NCBI GenBank assembly: GCA_030141605.1
Contig: JAQGDQ010000462.1
Location: 1 to 64,000 of the forward strand
Reading direction: 5' to 3'
DNA: 64,000 bases
DNA from: Tubiluchus corallicola
Taxonomy: Eukaryota; Animalia; Priapulida
The first letter of the stretch is position 1. Every line of letters starts with the position of its first letter. Positions 26,701 to 40,130 of the stretch are shown here, piece by piece. The translations under genes and the position numbers were made by a program. A model generated the notes under the pieces. It worked only from the letters and a program-made list of their open reading frames with translations. It was not told where the DNA came from and did no database searches.

Positions 26701-29700
26701 ACATTCATGGGTTTCATCCACTAATGATAAAAAACATGGGATTTTGGGCTAAAGCCACCTTTCTCAATATAGCCAACATTTGCTTAGAGAGCAATATTTG
26801 GCCATGGAATGACTCAAAGGTTACATTTATTAAAAACAATGGCAAGTCCGATTATAGTGACCCTAATAATTATAGGCCTATTGTAGCGATCCTTTTCTCG
26901 ATAGAGTGATCGTATAGTTTTATGTAGCCGTATTGAGTGATCGTGAACTAAATCTATATATTGTACAGATTGTATTTTCATTAGTTTAGATTTTACAGAT
27001 TTGCTCTCTGTTCGCTATAAGATGATTCTATCACCTGACTCCGAGGACTTTAGTTAAGTCTATCAGGCAATGATGCTGACCTTCAAGTCTGTCACTTTGA
27101 CCTTGCGTTGTGAGTGGAGGTCTTCTTCCCTCAAGTTATCGAGCGTAGCTCCCGCAATTGAGCTTTAGTTAGTACAATGCGAATCTCTCAAGTTCGTATC
27201 TAGGATTTAGTGTTGCTTTGCTTTGAACGCTCTTAATCATACAAGAACTGGTTATCTACGTTACCACAGTGAATTGAATTTATTCAATTACAGAATACAC
27301 TTTATCTAATCTTGTATGCTTTACAGGATTTATCCTTATACGCTGGTGAGCGTTTACAATTAATGTATTGCTCCAGAGAAGATGCTCATACGATTTACTT
27401 GACAACGATTCAGTATGCAGCACTTAAGGTGCTTAATGCAATGTGAACCACAGTTATGCAGAGTTACTCTCAGATACAAATATGTTAAGTACACTTAACT
27501 TGCAGATTGACCAATGTACCCCGTACACTCGGTCAACTCCAAATAGCAGCTTATTAGCTTAACGAGACTTTCGCTGATCCAGTGCCCAGTCTATTGCTGA
27601 GAACGCAGAACTCCTCTACGCTCGCTGGTGTCAAATGATGTTCTTCTCTCCTAGAAGCTGTCTCGGACACACTGTCAGACTCTCCTCCTCGATGTGCGTG
27701 GGTATGTGTAACTCACGTCGCTCCTCGTGTGTGTGTGTGTGTGTGTCTAAAACTTAGAGTTTATATCTCGAAGAGCTGACCTTGCTAAAGATTGCACCAT
27801 ATGGCAGCATCGGCGGCAGGTGACATCCCCTGCCATGCAATTTCTGACATCAGCAAGGTGTTCCTTCGAATTCTTTCGCTCTGTGAGATCTCTTTCCGTC
27901 CTCGGCAAATCTTCAGACTTCTCCCCGTCCAATGTCTCCGAGCACTGGTAGAGACCTTGGTGACGATCATAATGTCACCGTTATAAGACATCTGCCTACT
28001 ACCGACCTTCCATTAATTAACTGTAACTCTGCATGTGGCTATACAAGACAATAGTGTCTTCGCTTAAACAAGACACCTGTGTTCCTCCAATATGCTATAC
28101 AAGACACACCTGTATTTCTCTACAATGTGCAATAATTTGCGTCGCATTAAATCCGTACTTATCAGCTGGGTGAGTTTCTCTGTCAACCAATAAATTTATC
28201 TTATGAAAATCAATGAGGCATGAGATTTATCAACTGAATCTAATTCAGCTGATAACTCCATTAATTTGCTACCAAATTATCGATTTATAAATTTATTCAC
28301 AACACTATCAGCATTACCTCCCACTATGGAAAACTAGCAGAAAAGCTTCTTGAAAATCGTGTGACATATGACATTATTGTTGATGAGCAAGAAGGCTTCA
28401 GGCCCAGACACAGTACAGTACGCTACTTGGTCAGGCTTATGTCTAACCTGACTAGAACAAATTTACTTAAAACAAACTGCATTGCAATTCTTTGCGACTT
28501 TCAAAAAGCTTTCGATAGTGTTTGGATAAATGCGCTATTATACTAGTTGTATCAATATGGTATTAAAGGAAACATGTTGTGTCTTATTAGTACATTTTTA
28601 AAAAATTGCAATATTGTTTTACGTATTAATGGTCATACATCTCCAAAGTACAATTGTTAGTTGGGTCTCCCACAAGGTTCCGTTTTGTCACCATTACTGT
28701 TTTTGTTGTATGTTATTGACATGTTTGAATCTATAGATGATGAAGTATGCTGTGAAAAATTTAAATATGCAGATGATGGTTTTTTGCTAATCACAGCTGA
28801 CACGAACTATGAATGTTATTTAAAAGCACAAAAATGTTGTGATAAACTGTACACTTGGAGTAAGAAGTGGCGGATGAACATAAACTGTGCCAAAAACAAA
28901 ACTGAAGCCATTTTGTACAAGAACTCCAAAATTTTGAGTTGGGAACCAGACCAACCAAACCTCAAATTTGGGAATAATCCTATTGATTATGTAAGAAAAA
29001 GCAAAGTGCTGGGGGTCACAGTGGACAATCAATTAAATTTTAATGCTCACATGCTAGATACCAGGAAAAAGGCGTGGAAAACATGGCAACAGCTAAAGCA
29101 GTTTTGTTTCTCTGCAAATAGAGGGAATTTATATATACAGTGGCCGCCGCTTATTGTGGACACCTCGGGCCAGCAGTGTATGTCCATATTAAGCGGCTGT
29201 CCATATTAAGCGAAGTGACCCATGAAGACCCTTCCCCTTCATTAAAAAAGGCAAAAAACTGTCTGTATCAACTCGTCTCTTGTTTTATTGAAAAAAAGAA
29301 GTCAGACGAGTTTGTTTGGCAGGAAACTTTTCTCTCAACCTTGAACGGAAGGAAGTTATCACAGTTTCGAAGCTCTCAAGGCCACGGCAAACGGCGAACT
29401 GACTGATGCAATGACTCACACAGGCAGCAGAGCGGGAAGCTCTTTTCAATCACGCGCGCAGGCCGTGGTTGGCACGGCTGGTTCACGTGCCAAGAATGTT
29501 CGCTGTCCATATTAAGCGGCGGTTGTCCATATTAACCGGCGGATTTTATTAGGGGAAAATTCCGTCCCTCGCGAGTTGTCCACAATAACCGACTGTCCAC
29601 AATAACCGTGTCCATAATAAGCGGCGGCCACTGTATTATGTATGTATTTATGTTAATATATATAATAAAATAGAGTTATAATAAAAAATAATCAGTGAGT

Positions 29701-32700
29701 TTCTCTGAGTTTACAAATTCATTAATTCTTCTAGCAGAATGAAGTTACTATATCGACTTGTTTTACAAGAAAAGAACGTTTGTTACCAATGCCCACACTT
29801 TTGCAGCTTGTATTGCTGACGATGTTTTCAATTAATGCCACAAGAATTTTCACAATATGCTGTAGGCCAGTCTACTTTTGATTGTTTACCTCTATTGGAA
29901 TATACTGTAATGGACCTACAACTTTCCAAAGTAGTAAAATATCGCTTCTGATAAAATCATGTTAACGAGTGCAAGGACAATCGCTTCTATCAACCGACAA
30001 CCTATCGGAACCAATGTCAAATGCTGTAATGTAGTTATAACAGCTTTATTTTTAGCCTAGTCGCCCACGACAGTATCACAACAGAGGCTGCGTCTACACT
30101 CTGTTGCGTCATCAGCCTGAGCTGCGCTAGTTCAATTTTTTCACCATGAGAGGCGTAAGTGCAGCTCCATGGCGTTTCCCGTGAGATACAAAATAGTTAA
30201 TTAATCATTAATTAGACAACGTACTGCTAAAAAATTTCGCCAAATTGTTCCCTGGGAAGGCAACTATAAAAAAAAGTTTAACTTGATTTTCATGATATTC
30301 CCCCCTTTAAGAAAACTTGTGTTATTATATATTACTATTATTACTAATACTATCTTTATTTGAAACAGTATAGATTTATTTACCACAAGCTTCTTGAGTA
30401 TAATAACGCGATTGGCAATTTTTTTACTACTTATCCATTGTTTAGTGAATAGTTTCAGAACCTCAGTAGCTTTGTTGCTGATAAAGATGGGCCGTTAATG
30501 GTCATCAACGCCTGTCACTAATTACGGAGAGTTAAGAATGGCATTAACGCCTATAAATAATGACGACAAATGGATGACTAATAGTCATTGAAGCGCCGTC
30601 GTTCTTATTTATGACTGCCATTGCTTAAATAAAGCCCAAATATTGAACATTAACATGCAGAGAATACCCATTGTATAATTAGTTACAATAATTATATGGC
30701 TTCATTACTGCAACAGCCATTAAAAGTTTGTTATTTGTATGAACATGTCCACAAATACTTCGTCAACAAACTATAGCATGTCTGTTTCAATAAGCATGCA
30801 AGACTGCCAGAAAACGGGCGTACAATGCTGAATTGTTTCATACACACACAGAAAAACTAGGACAAATGAGTCAGTGACAACAGTGAAAATAAGTTATTTT
30901 ACTTTATTATTTATCATATGCCCAAAACGCATAAAAGGGTTGAAAACTAAGTCTCTAATTGGTGTTCATCTTTTCGACAGAAAGAATTTTTACCTTTTTG
31001 TATGGAGCTATAATTAACCATCTGCAATTCGCAGCGTTAGGATACCAGCCAGGATATCTCGGGGAGGTCAGAACGCCTTCTTCTGTTATGACTTGCACTT
31101 CGTCACTGCAATCTGGCGCTAAGGTTGTTGGCAATGTCGTACTTGCTGAATGTTGCCCGGATATTTAAAACAAGCAAAACATGAAAATCGTTTTTACAAC
31201 ATTTAAATGATAGTAGTTATTTACCACTTGAACTCCCTTGTTTTTGCTACGCCATGATTATCTGTAGAACCTGTATCTGTGCAGGCAGAGTAAAGCCAAC
31301 CTAGTTACATATCCACAAATTAACACACCACGTCCAGTTATTAAAAAACTATGACTCAAATGGAAATTTGAATAAAAACAACTAACGTTTGGAAGAGTTG
31401 ATAACTACAGTAAGTACAGACCCACTTTGCATTTTTAATTTGGGGAAAAACTTTTCTCTATCGGGGAACGTAAACATCTGTAAATTTTGTACCTAACAAT
31501 TGTCCCCGCATAAAAGACTACAGATACAGGAAAGTGTTTTCCTGAGTATATGCCAAAGGTAGCGTTTACTATATTTATGTTTACTATGCGCTTTTGATAG
31601 TGCTTAAAATTTTCCATTTCCTACTGCACGCATGTTAACATTAAACGGGTTAACAAGTATAAACCTTTTTGCCATACACAATATTTTACACCATAATTTT
31701 GGCACAGAAAAAATGGAACATGTGCAGATTTTTGTAGCGTATACGGTAACCAATGAAGTATAATAGTAATAAACAGAACATTTTTTACTTACGTGGGTTT
31801 GTAACGTAGGAAACATATATCTCGAATCCTGCCATTGTTACAGAGAAATCAGTAAAAAAGTGAAGAAGAAGCCATCTACCATACCAGAAGAAATCTGATG
31901 GAATTTCAAGTCCACAAAATTGAGCTACCAGAGGAGGATCGGTGTCATTGAGATTATGCCAACCATAGATACGAAGAGAGTCATAATTGCACATTACGTC
32001 ATATTCAACGTCAAATGATATGAATGACATGTTAATGCCCTAAAAATAAAACATTCATTTCTTCGAGTTGGTTGTTTATTTTCAGCAATTTCAAAAATTT
32101 CTTATTACCACCGTCAAAACTGGCAAGATGGATCTTTGTATACAAATAATTTTGGAATGCCGGGATACCTTGCACCTCCAAGGCCCTGGATTTAATCAAG
32201 CCAACATTCCGGCTAACTTTTTTGTTCTCTCTACACAATTTCGATATTATGTTAAAGGACAAGGAAAGGGGCACCTGAAGTAGGTTTCAGAAAAATCGCA
32301 TTAAAAATTATATCGCTTTACAGCAATTTCAGGTAAAATATCGTATTCGCGCTGCAAGGAATTTTTGTTTGCTTTCATTTTAAATCTCCCGCAATACTGT
32401 TCCGAAGTCGCCATTACATGACGTCACATACGCACAACGTAAATCAAGGAAAGAAAAAGGAAATGTTAAGTTATGTCGCAAAAAAATTTCCATGCAAATC
32501 TGTGTTACTTAGCATTTTTCTTACCTGCTAGAAAGACTTATGTAACTAGAAAAGAAAATGATTAATTATTTAAAATGTTTTCACCAATTGGTAAAATATC
32601 GCTGACTCACCCTCCAGGGTGCACCACTCACTAGTCACGTATTAAAAACACGTATTTTTAATCTATTGATTGACAAGATACAGTAATTTTAAATTTTACT

Positions 32701-35700
32701 TAGTTGGTGACGTGTGCGCTACGAATGCCCTGATTATTTTTTCAGACTTTACACAATGTCATCTAAACTTGTTTCAAATGACCTGTCGTGAAAATGGCTG
32801 CCTTGGTGATATTGCACAGATAATGCAAATTAAAAGGTAAAATGACAACTGAATTACAAGGTAAGTGAAATTAAAAATAACAAAACAGGAATTAAAATAA
32901 TAATTGGCATACGATTAAATCTGCAAAGACAATAACCGGTTAAATAGGTATAATTAGCCAATATTGGCCTGTTGAATAAGCATTTCATACATGACTAGAT
33001 AGTTCAACAGTTCATACATGGTTAGGTTCTCTTCCTTCCCCTCCATGATGAAGTGCTAAATGCTTACTCAATAAGCATACTGAAATGAAGAGATGTTCTA
33101 CGCATCATTACTGTTACGAGAATCTGAGGACTGTGATGAGAAATTGCAATGGCGTCCAGTTACACTATGCTATATGTTTTGTGTGTGGGGGGAGATTTAT
33201 TTTTTGGATGTCAGAAGTACTCCAAAGTGTATAACATTGGAGCTAATATTCAGAATCTATGCCAAAAGCCAAAAAACTGAATTTGTCACTAGTCTTTAAC
33301 TATACAACAAAATTTTAGCGACCGTCCACAAAAATCTCACATCTAGTTTTTCTATAAAAAAATCGCAAACATGATTACGACAAAATACGCACAGAGTTCA
33401 AACTTAAAATAATTGTTTTTTTACTGAGAGACTTTGAAAAAATACAAGCTAAGGATACGTAGTAAGTAACTTAGATTGTTGGTTAAAAGTAACAATTTTG
33501 TACATCCACTTGCAATATAACTTCTAATATTGATAAACTTTAAAACACAGAAAAAAGGTCTCTGCATGACACGCAACGAGATTCATGGTATGATAAGTTT
33601 GGTCTGCGTCTTGAGATTTAGGAATTTAGAAAATCACGAGAAAAAGTCATAAGTGACAAAAACAAAGTCAAATTTGACGAGTATCACAAAGAAATTGTTG
33701 GTGTTTGCCACGCTGCAATTTTAAAATGGCTGCTTCTTTCTGGATTCTTTTACAAGCTTCTACTGTTAGGCTACAGCTTATAGGCTACAGTTGTCTAATA
33801 TGCAGACAGCTTTTCTTCAATCAGCTAGTGTAAAAATGACACACAAGTCACAACATAGCTTACCATTGATGGAGGCGCATAGATCTGCCACATACAATCT
33901 ACGAAATTTGGATAATCATAATCTGGATATCCTGGAGATGATATGACCTCTTCTTCCGTAACATTTTGAACTTCGCCATCACACCAAGGTGGTAAAGTGG
34001 GTGGTGCAGTTGTTGTTAAATTGTCAGCTGTCAAGACACAATTTACTCATTATTGCTATATATTAATTTTCATTACCCGCCCATTGTGACTACCCAATAT
34101 TCTTGATACTTTTTCTTTTTTTCAAAAAGCAAATATCACAAAAATACCGTACATTGGAAACCATCAGTAGAAATGAAGGCACAAAGCCTGTCGCTAAATT
34201 CGCCCAACGCCATAGCACTTGCTAATTATTTAGAAAATCACATTTTCTTAACCTTGGATTGTCAAATATAAGATTGTCAAACAGTATAGCAGTGAAAATG
34301 ACGTTTTTGCCAATTATGGCTGCAATAAACTCGTTAAAATACGGACATTTCTTTTCACACGGACCTTAAAAAATGACATTCAAAACACTGAACTCTTCCA
34401 ACATGATCAGTTTTCACTGACAATTGACACAGCGACGACACTGATGCACACCGAGTATTTCCGATTGCTGGTTAAATTTAAACTTCTAAATAATGCAGTT
34501 CTCAAGAGCAGGTTTTCAAGGCTTCAAAGCGACTTTTGCAGGTTAGTTGTCATAGTGCAAGTGTACAGGGCATGCGTTTCACTGTACAAGTCTATACAAC
34601 TTTCGTACAGTGCTGACCAAAATTTCTGTTCTCATGCTCCTACAAAATATAATTGATGCAGTCGCTTTTTGTTAATAATTCGTTATTCTAGTGACAGCGC
34701 AGCATTTACGCACATGCTATAAATGGGTTCTACTGCCTGAGACACCAGTGCGCATTATTATTAGTTGTTCGTTCTGAGAATGACGATCGACGCGAACGAA
34801 AGTCAAGACGAGCTTGATATCGTCAAACTTGAATAACATTCAAATTTCGCCATCATTCTCAGCGTCTACACGGATCTTCAAAACTGACAAACTGCAGAAT
34901 GACAATGTTTTGAATGACCACATTGACAACCTGGGCTACACATTACAACGGAAAACACCCAACTAAATTTTCGAGGAAAAATTTGCGCTTACCTTCAACA
35001 TCGCGAAATGTGACCATAATTTCATATCCCAATCTTGTAACCACTTCGTTAGATGTCAAATGAAGAAAGAGGTGTTGTCCTGATGACTCGTAACTTGGAG
35101 GGAGTTTAGTACCACATAGTTTTGCCAGCATGTACGAGTCTGTGTCTTCGCCATCGTAGATGTAAAGTGCATCAGCATCACAATATCGATCATATTGCAC
35201 ATTGAACATTATGAATGAAATGTTTGCTGCCTAGAAAATTTTAAGCCACTGTCCAGAAATAATGCAAGTGATGTCTACGTGTTTCAAAAAAATATAGTTT
35301 CTGGTGATTCTGTCTAAACAAATTAAGAGAGTTCAAAACCAAAAGTAAGTAAATTTAAAACACTTATTGCTCAAGTTAGATTAAATTAAAAATATGGTAA
35401 CGTTATGGACAGTAACAACAGTTCTTTCAATGTTCATATAATTTTCTTTTTGACAAATTGATGCTTTTGCATGATAGATGCAGACACTAGTAAAACAGTG
35501 CTAACAATTAACTGTACGTTTTTGTATCAATTGTCCATCAGTAGTTACTAACAACTGAAAAACAATCAACAGTCAGCAGACCAAAATTTCAGCACGGTTC
35601 AAGATCCACATCTTCTAAATTTGGGCTCAAAAGGTGGCAGCACTGCCAAAAAAATAGAACAAATTATTGTAGACAATTCTATCCTGCTTACCATGCCATC

Positions 35701-38700
35701 TGGAGCAATGATTAGTGTTCTACAATCTGCATTATCAGGATAATTTTCTTCTGGATATCCGGGTGTGGTAATTATACCTTCTTCAGTAACCTCTAGAACA
35801 CCTCCATGGCATTCAGGAAATGCCGTAGTCATTGTGGTATCTGTAGTCCATTCTGGATCTGCAGTCACGTTTGAATCTGCAGTCACTGTTGGTTTTAATA
35901 AAAGAGTTAGCTTAATGATCAATATTTTTGTATTGCAACTGTATAAAAATGCGAACATTTTAAAAAAGGCAATATGGACAGTAGCAGCCTATCCTACATA
36001 ATATCTATTGTACACATAGATACATATTTCCAATATAAGCAATATATAAAGTTGCTCATTGAAACTAAAAAATGACGAGGTCGTTTTATCAATTGTACTG
36101 CTGGAGCAAGTCTTTAGACATCGTTTTAAATTTTGAGACTGACGACAATTTACGGATTTCGGAGTTGAGGTTGTTCCATTATTATAACAGAACCGCGGAA
36201 TTTAATAGAAAATTTCTGAAGATTAGTATTACATTTAAGTTTAACTTTTATTAACAGTTAAGCTTGTTACGAGTGTTATAACCATGAATATATAAGTTTT
36301 GCTCAAAATGATCATCAAATAACGATGGAAGTGAATTGTGGCTTGTACATAAAAACAGAAGTTTCAAGATTATCTATATCATAAACATTTAAAAAGCCTA
36401 GATTCTTAATAATGGTGCAGCACGTTTTTTACTAGGTAGAAATAATATGGTTCTAACAAAACGTTTTTGAAGAAGATAAAGCTTAGCCAGCTTCGATGAA
36501 TAATTGCTACCCCAAAACAATATTGCAATATTGATAATATGGTAAGAATAGAGTCTTACAGAACTGGTAGGATATATTTAGGTTGAAAATGTCTGACTTT
36601 ATAATTTTTAACTTTTAAGATTTTATTATATTCTGGGAGCTATTAAAGTTCTTTCCAGATCAATTTTTCGCTTCTAAGAAACACTCCTAAAAAATTTGTT
36701 GTTTGAGCTTTTTTGATTTTTTCACCATTAATTTGCACAGAAGATTTATTCGAATTGTAATTTTTGCCAAGGAAAATAATAAATTAGGTTTTCCTGGCGC
36801 TAATTGATAATTTATTTGCATAAAACGAATAGCTCAACTTCTTCAGTTCCTTGTTTACAGTAGCAAATTATATGATCGATTTTAGTAATTTTTGTAAAAC
36901 ATACAAGTATCATGTGCAAATATAAGTAAAATGCGATATATTACAGAAGTCTTACTGATATATAACAGAAAAAGTATAGGGTGTAGGATTTATCACCATA
37001 AATTAACCATAAATAACAAAAATCTGCCGAAATAACTATAAAATACTATTGTTGCAGTTTTGTTTACTATGTCTGTTTACTACAATTCGCGATTTTATCT
37101 TGAACACAATTTTGATATGCTCATGTTATGGTTTTGGTTAAATCAAAAAACGGTGCAATAAAATAAATATAAATTTTTTTACTGCAATTAAAGGCGCTGT
37201 TTTTTCAACAAACGAATCAAGCAGAGCTTTAACAAAGCATAATGACGTCAGCCTGCCAACTGGTGACTGAAGATGTCCTCAGCATCGACAAAGTGGCCAA
37301 CCTTTCAGGAAACCTGTCATTTTAGGTATGATATTGAACTAATATTCTGAAGTCATGAGATCAATGCTGCCAATGAAAATCTCCTATAGAACAGGAAATG
37401 GTTGTGCGCTACGATTTCAAAAAAAGCCTTTAAACTAAAACGAGTTTATTCACCGCGCAGATAAATCAAGAAAAACACTCGAAATGTCCATAATATTCCG
37501 TATTAAGTCACAGCTTGCTAGATTTAACTAGATTAGATCGTAATATTATAATAACCGGTTCTCGTTCGTAAATTTTCATGTTGGCTGTGATAAATTTACT
37601 ACTTCATTCATCTGCATTTCCATTGCCACACAAAGCGTGCTATTTACAGAGGTAATTCAATCAAAGATTGTTAATTAAGCCTGTTTGCTGATTAAAGATC
37701 GGCACTTAATGTCAAGTCAAGCGAAGTATGACGTCATGCGGCATTGCCAATACATTTATTTCAATCAATTCTTTTCACGAATTTTCAACGTTCCATTTTC
37801 TAATTTTTCTCAGTCCCAAACCTAAGATGTTTTCTGGATCGGTTTGCATATAGAAAGCGCTACACCAAAAAGACAGCAAAAACTATTCCTGGATTAAATA
37901 CATTGATTGCTTAATTAACCACTTTCTGGAGTTTCATTATGCTTCGTTAAATCATCTGTCTGGATTTTTCAAGACGTGCGATTTGCTTACCTGCCTACAG
38001 TTAAATTATCTACATTAGGCATTAATTAAGGTCAGTTAATAGCAAAAAATTTGTACGCGCAATTACAGCAGATTTAATATAATAAGTGTTTATTTACTCA
38101 GTATTATAGATTCTTGGCCTTATAGTGAAAGTGAATTTAACAGAATAAATCACACTTTACTAAAACGTTTCTTTGCAAGTACTTAGTTGTAAATCTGTAC
38201 TGAACAGAATTCTTACTCCTATAACTTTAATCCTCTTGCAGTGAAATAGTTAAGCGGTTTTTTATGATGCCGTTGTAACATAACACTCTTCGCTACTATA
38301 CATCTACAAAAAACGAGGACAACAACCAAATGACACTATCACTAACAAGAATAATCAAGTGAACTAATGACAGCAAAAGCCCACTCAAAAATAATTAAAA
38401 TTTGACAAATTCTGCAATGATAAGTTTCCAAAGCATCTGATCTGCCTTTTAGCATACTTTAACCACGTTAAAAACACCAAATCAAATATTATTAAAAGAT
38501 GTTAAATGTATTTTTAAATATTCAAGTACTTGGCCCTCGAGGCCACCCCCTTTTTTGTGAAGCAGCTCTACTGCTGTTACAAATGCCTATTATGTTTCAA
38601 AAACATTTTAAAAACAACAACAAAATGACTATTCATCTTACCAAAGACACTTTGAGTAAACTGTAAGAAAATTACTAACGTCGATAAAAGCACAATAACA

Positions 38701-38723
38701 TTATATTTCTTGTATAAACCCAT
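16872..38723 (-). CDS. CUB/Ig type I membrane receptor, paralog A, complete (992 aa): SP-CUB1-CUB2-CUB3-Ig1-CUB4-Ig2-Ig-like3-TM-cytoplasmic tail
   Basis: 14 GT-AG exons with matching phases: 38723-38642 (MGLYKKYNVIVLLSTLVIFLQFTQSVF signal peptide), 35885-35692, 35230-34993, 34027-33864, 32039-31793, 31145-30994, 24419-23870, 23688-23650, 22941-22811, 22257-21732, 20661-20623, 20256-19891, 18323-18201, 16999-16872. These sum to 2979 nt with no internal stop. Each CUB has the C..I.SPGYP..YP....C.W.I.AP and C.YD.L.IYDG....CG....LHF.TD....GF motifs. Thr/Pro-rich linkers precede CUB1-3. Confidence 0.9.
18370..18935. repeat. Intronic 36-bp minisatellite, ~15-16 units (shorter counterpart of 9289-10752)
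   Basis: Unit caatagcagcaacagtgccagcaataactgtttcaa, the reverse complement of the left-arm unit. Confidence 0.97.
19295..19343. repeat. (TCA)n microsatellite, expanded relative to the left arm (~8919-8933)
   Basis: Perfect run; explains the poly-Ser difference between ORFs 8815..9051 and 19176..19448. Confidence 0.9.
20757..20796. repeat. (AT)n microsatellite
   Basis: Perfect dinucleotide run; shorter at ~7396-7411 in the left arm. Confidence 0.9.
25420..29135 (+). mobile_element. Degenerate LINE ORF2 (APE endonuclease + reverse transcriptase; I/Jockey/CR1-type), split by a solo LTR
   Basis: GGVALYIK and GDLNAH; NYRPI|SITSHYGKLAEKLLENR is rejoined when the LTR is removed; then QEGFRP, DFQKAFDSVW, GLPQGSVLSPLLF, YADD, KVLGVTVD. 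Several stops. Confidence 0.92.
26882..28304. mobile_element. Solo LTR (1423 bp, 4-bp TSD, Gypsy-type)
   Basis: Begins TGTAGCG and ends CAACA. Flanked by CTAT at 26878-26881 and 28305-28308. Excision restores the LINE reading frame exactly. Confidence 0.85.
29138..29633. mobile_element. Tc1/mariner-pogo (Tigger-like) MITE, 496 bp
   Basis: 26-bp TIR cagtggccgccgcttattgtggacac / gtgtccataataagcggcggccactg (1 mismatch). TA TSD at 29136-29137 and 29634-29635. Subterminal tgtccatattaagcgg repeats. Confidence 0.92.
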
Positions 38724-39849
38724 TTGTGCACTCCTAATATAGACAACGAAATTATACAAACTTTAGTAATGCGTCAATCTTTTCAGATACTAAATGTTAA
38801 CTCTTTGCAAATCTTATACTTTATACGACAAATGATGATATATCTAACCAGGACGATCAGAATGCAAACAGCTATGCACATCTTATTCATTTACCTAAGA
38901 CCATAATTATCATAATGACATTTCATCTCTAGATTACTAGGTAAGTTTAGCGCTCGAGGTTGTCTATTGGCCAAACTTTGGTATGAGAAGGCTGTATGAG
39001 CAGTCATTGTGTAGGGCTGTATGCTCAGCCACGAAGTTAAGTAACGTTGTGCCTGACTAGTGTGATAATCTGTTCGGCCTAACATTTCGCAAAGTAGCTT
39101 ACGTAGAATAGCTAGATTATCACTTGAACACTGGTGCTAACACACCACAAATACTTGAAGAATCTGCATGTTTCATTTGATCTATGGCTGTTACAGTAGC
39201 TTTTGACCAGCTTCTTTAATGAGAAAATTTAACGTTATCCGAACAAATTGACCAACAAGCGATTAACCATAAACTCATTACAACTTAGTGCAAGAAAACA
39301 CATTTGCAAAATAACTAATAACAGTATGATAGATTATATCGTTAGACTACTGTCTTTTTACCCGGGATTTTTAGATAAACCAAAAAACCCCACAAACCGG
39401 TTCTTATCGTGAAAGTTTCTGTACAGCTAGCTTAGCGTCGCAGTAGTCGCTATGGGAGGCTTCTGGCGGTAGCATGGACTCTGACGGCGGCTTCACAAAC
39501 ATCAAATTTTTTGCAAGCCAAAGTTTTTAGTTTAATGGCACATCGGAATAACATCGCTTCAATAGAAATTCAACAACAATAACAATTGCCAAACATTGCT
39601 TCATAACATAAGTGCAACTTTGACTGCCTGTCAAAGACTTGGCTTCACGGTGATATTGATGATACAAATTTGGTTATAAATGCTCTTCATACTAACTTGC
39701 ACTGTGGTCACCAGGTTTCGGTTGGAAGGGGAGAAGCAATCTATGTTGGTAAGCACCAGCAGCTGCCAGAACGACATGTAGATACTGTCAGCATTGCAAA
39801 TACCAAACATGACTTACGGCAGGCCATCAGGTAACACCCACACATTTCG

Positions 39850-40130
39850 GTGAATTGTCAAGGACCCGAAGACACCAACTTAAGGTTGTATTCACTCCAC
39901 ACATACCGGACTGTCTAGGTTTATATACGCCACAAGAGGTTGCGACTCATCACACTACATGGATCCGCCAATTGAGCCAATCACTAGAGATCACATGGCA
40001 TCTACATTTCCTCTCAGAATCTGTCGCTACAACAAATTTTCAATCGCTGTATCAGACTTTATTCCGACATGGTAGACAACTTCAATTGGGATAGTCCACG
40101 ATACAGAAGTCCAGCTTCTACTTGAACAAA
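39850..40130 (+). mobile_element. Possible highly decayed LINE ORF2 C-terminal fragment
   Basis: Frame-shifted ITW..STF...SLQQIFNRCIRLLF resembles the post-RT segment of CR1/L2 ORF2; the signal is weak. Confidence 0.3.

Larger units (their letters stand above)
10..28017. repeat. Large imperfect inverted segmental duplication (left arm ~10-13873, right arm ~14838-28017, ~960 bp spacer)
   Basis: Mirror-image ORF pairs occur throughout (36..242+/27785..27991-, 1111..1560-/26460..26909+, 5718..6308+/21718..22308-, 7909..8292+/19859..20242-). The innermost match is gctatttgtgcacagtaacgaaaat (~13840-13865) against its reverse complement at ~14847-14871. Confidence 0.97.
25094..30306. mobile_element. 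Putative TTAA-flanked non-autonomous DNA transposon (Kolobok-like termini) hosting nested insertions
   Basis: TTAA (25090-25093) is followed by aaggggaatatcaccaaaattaagtt. At the other end aacttgattttcatgatattcccccct is followed by TTAA (30307-30310). These form imperfect ~26-bp TIRs with purine (RR) starts. One terminus is mirrored at ~2895-2924 in the left arm. Confidence 0.55.
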
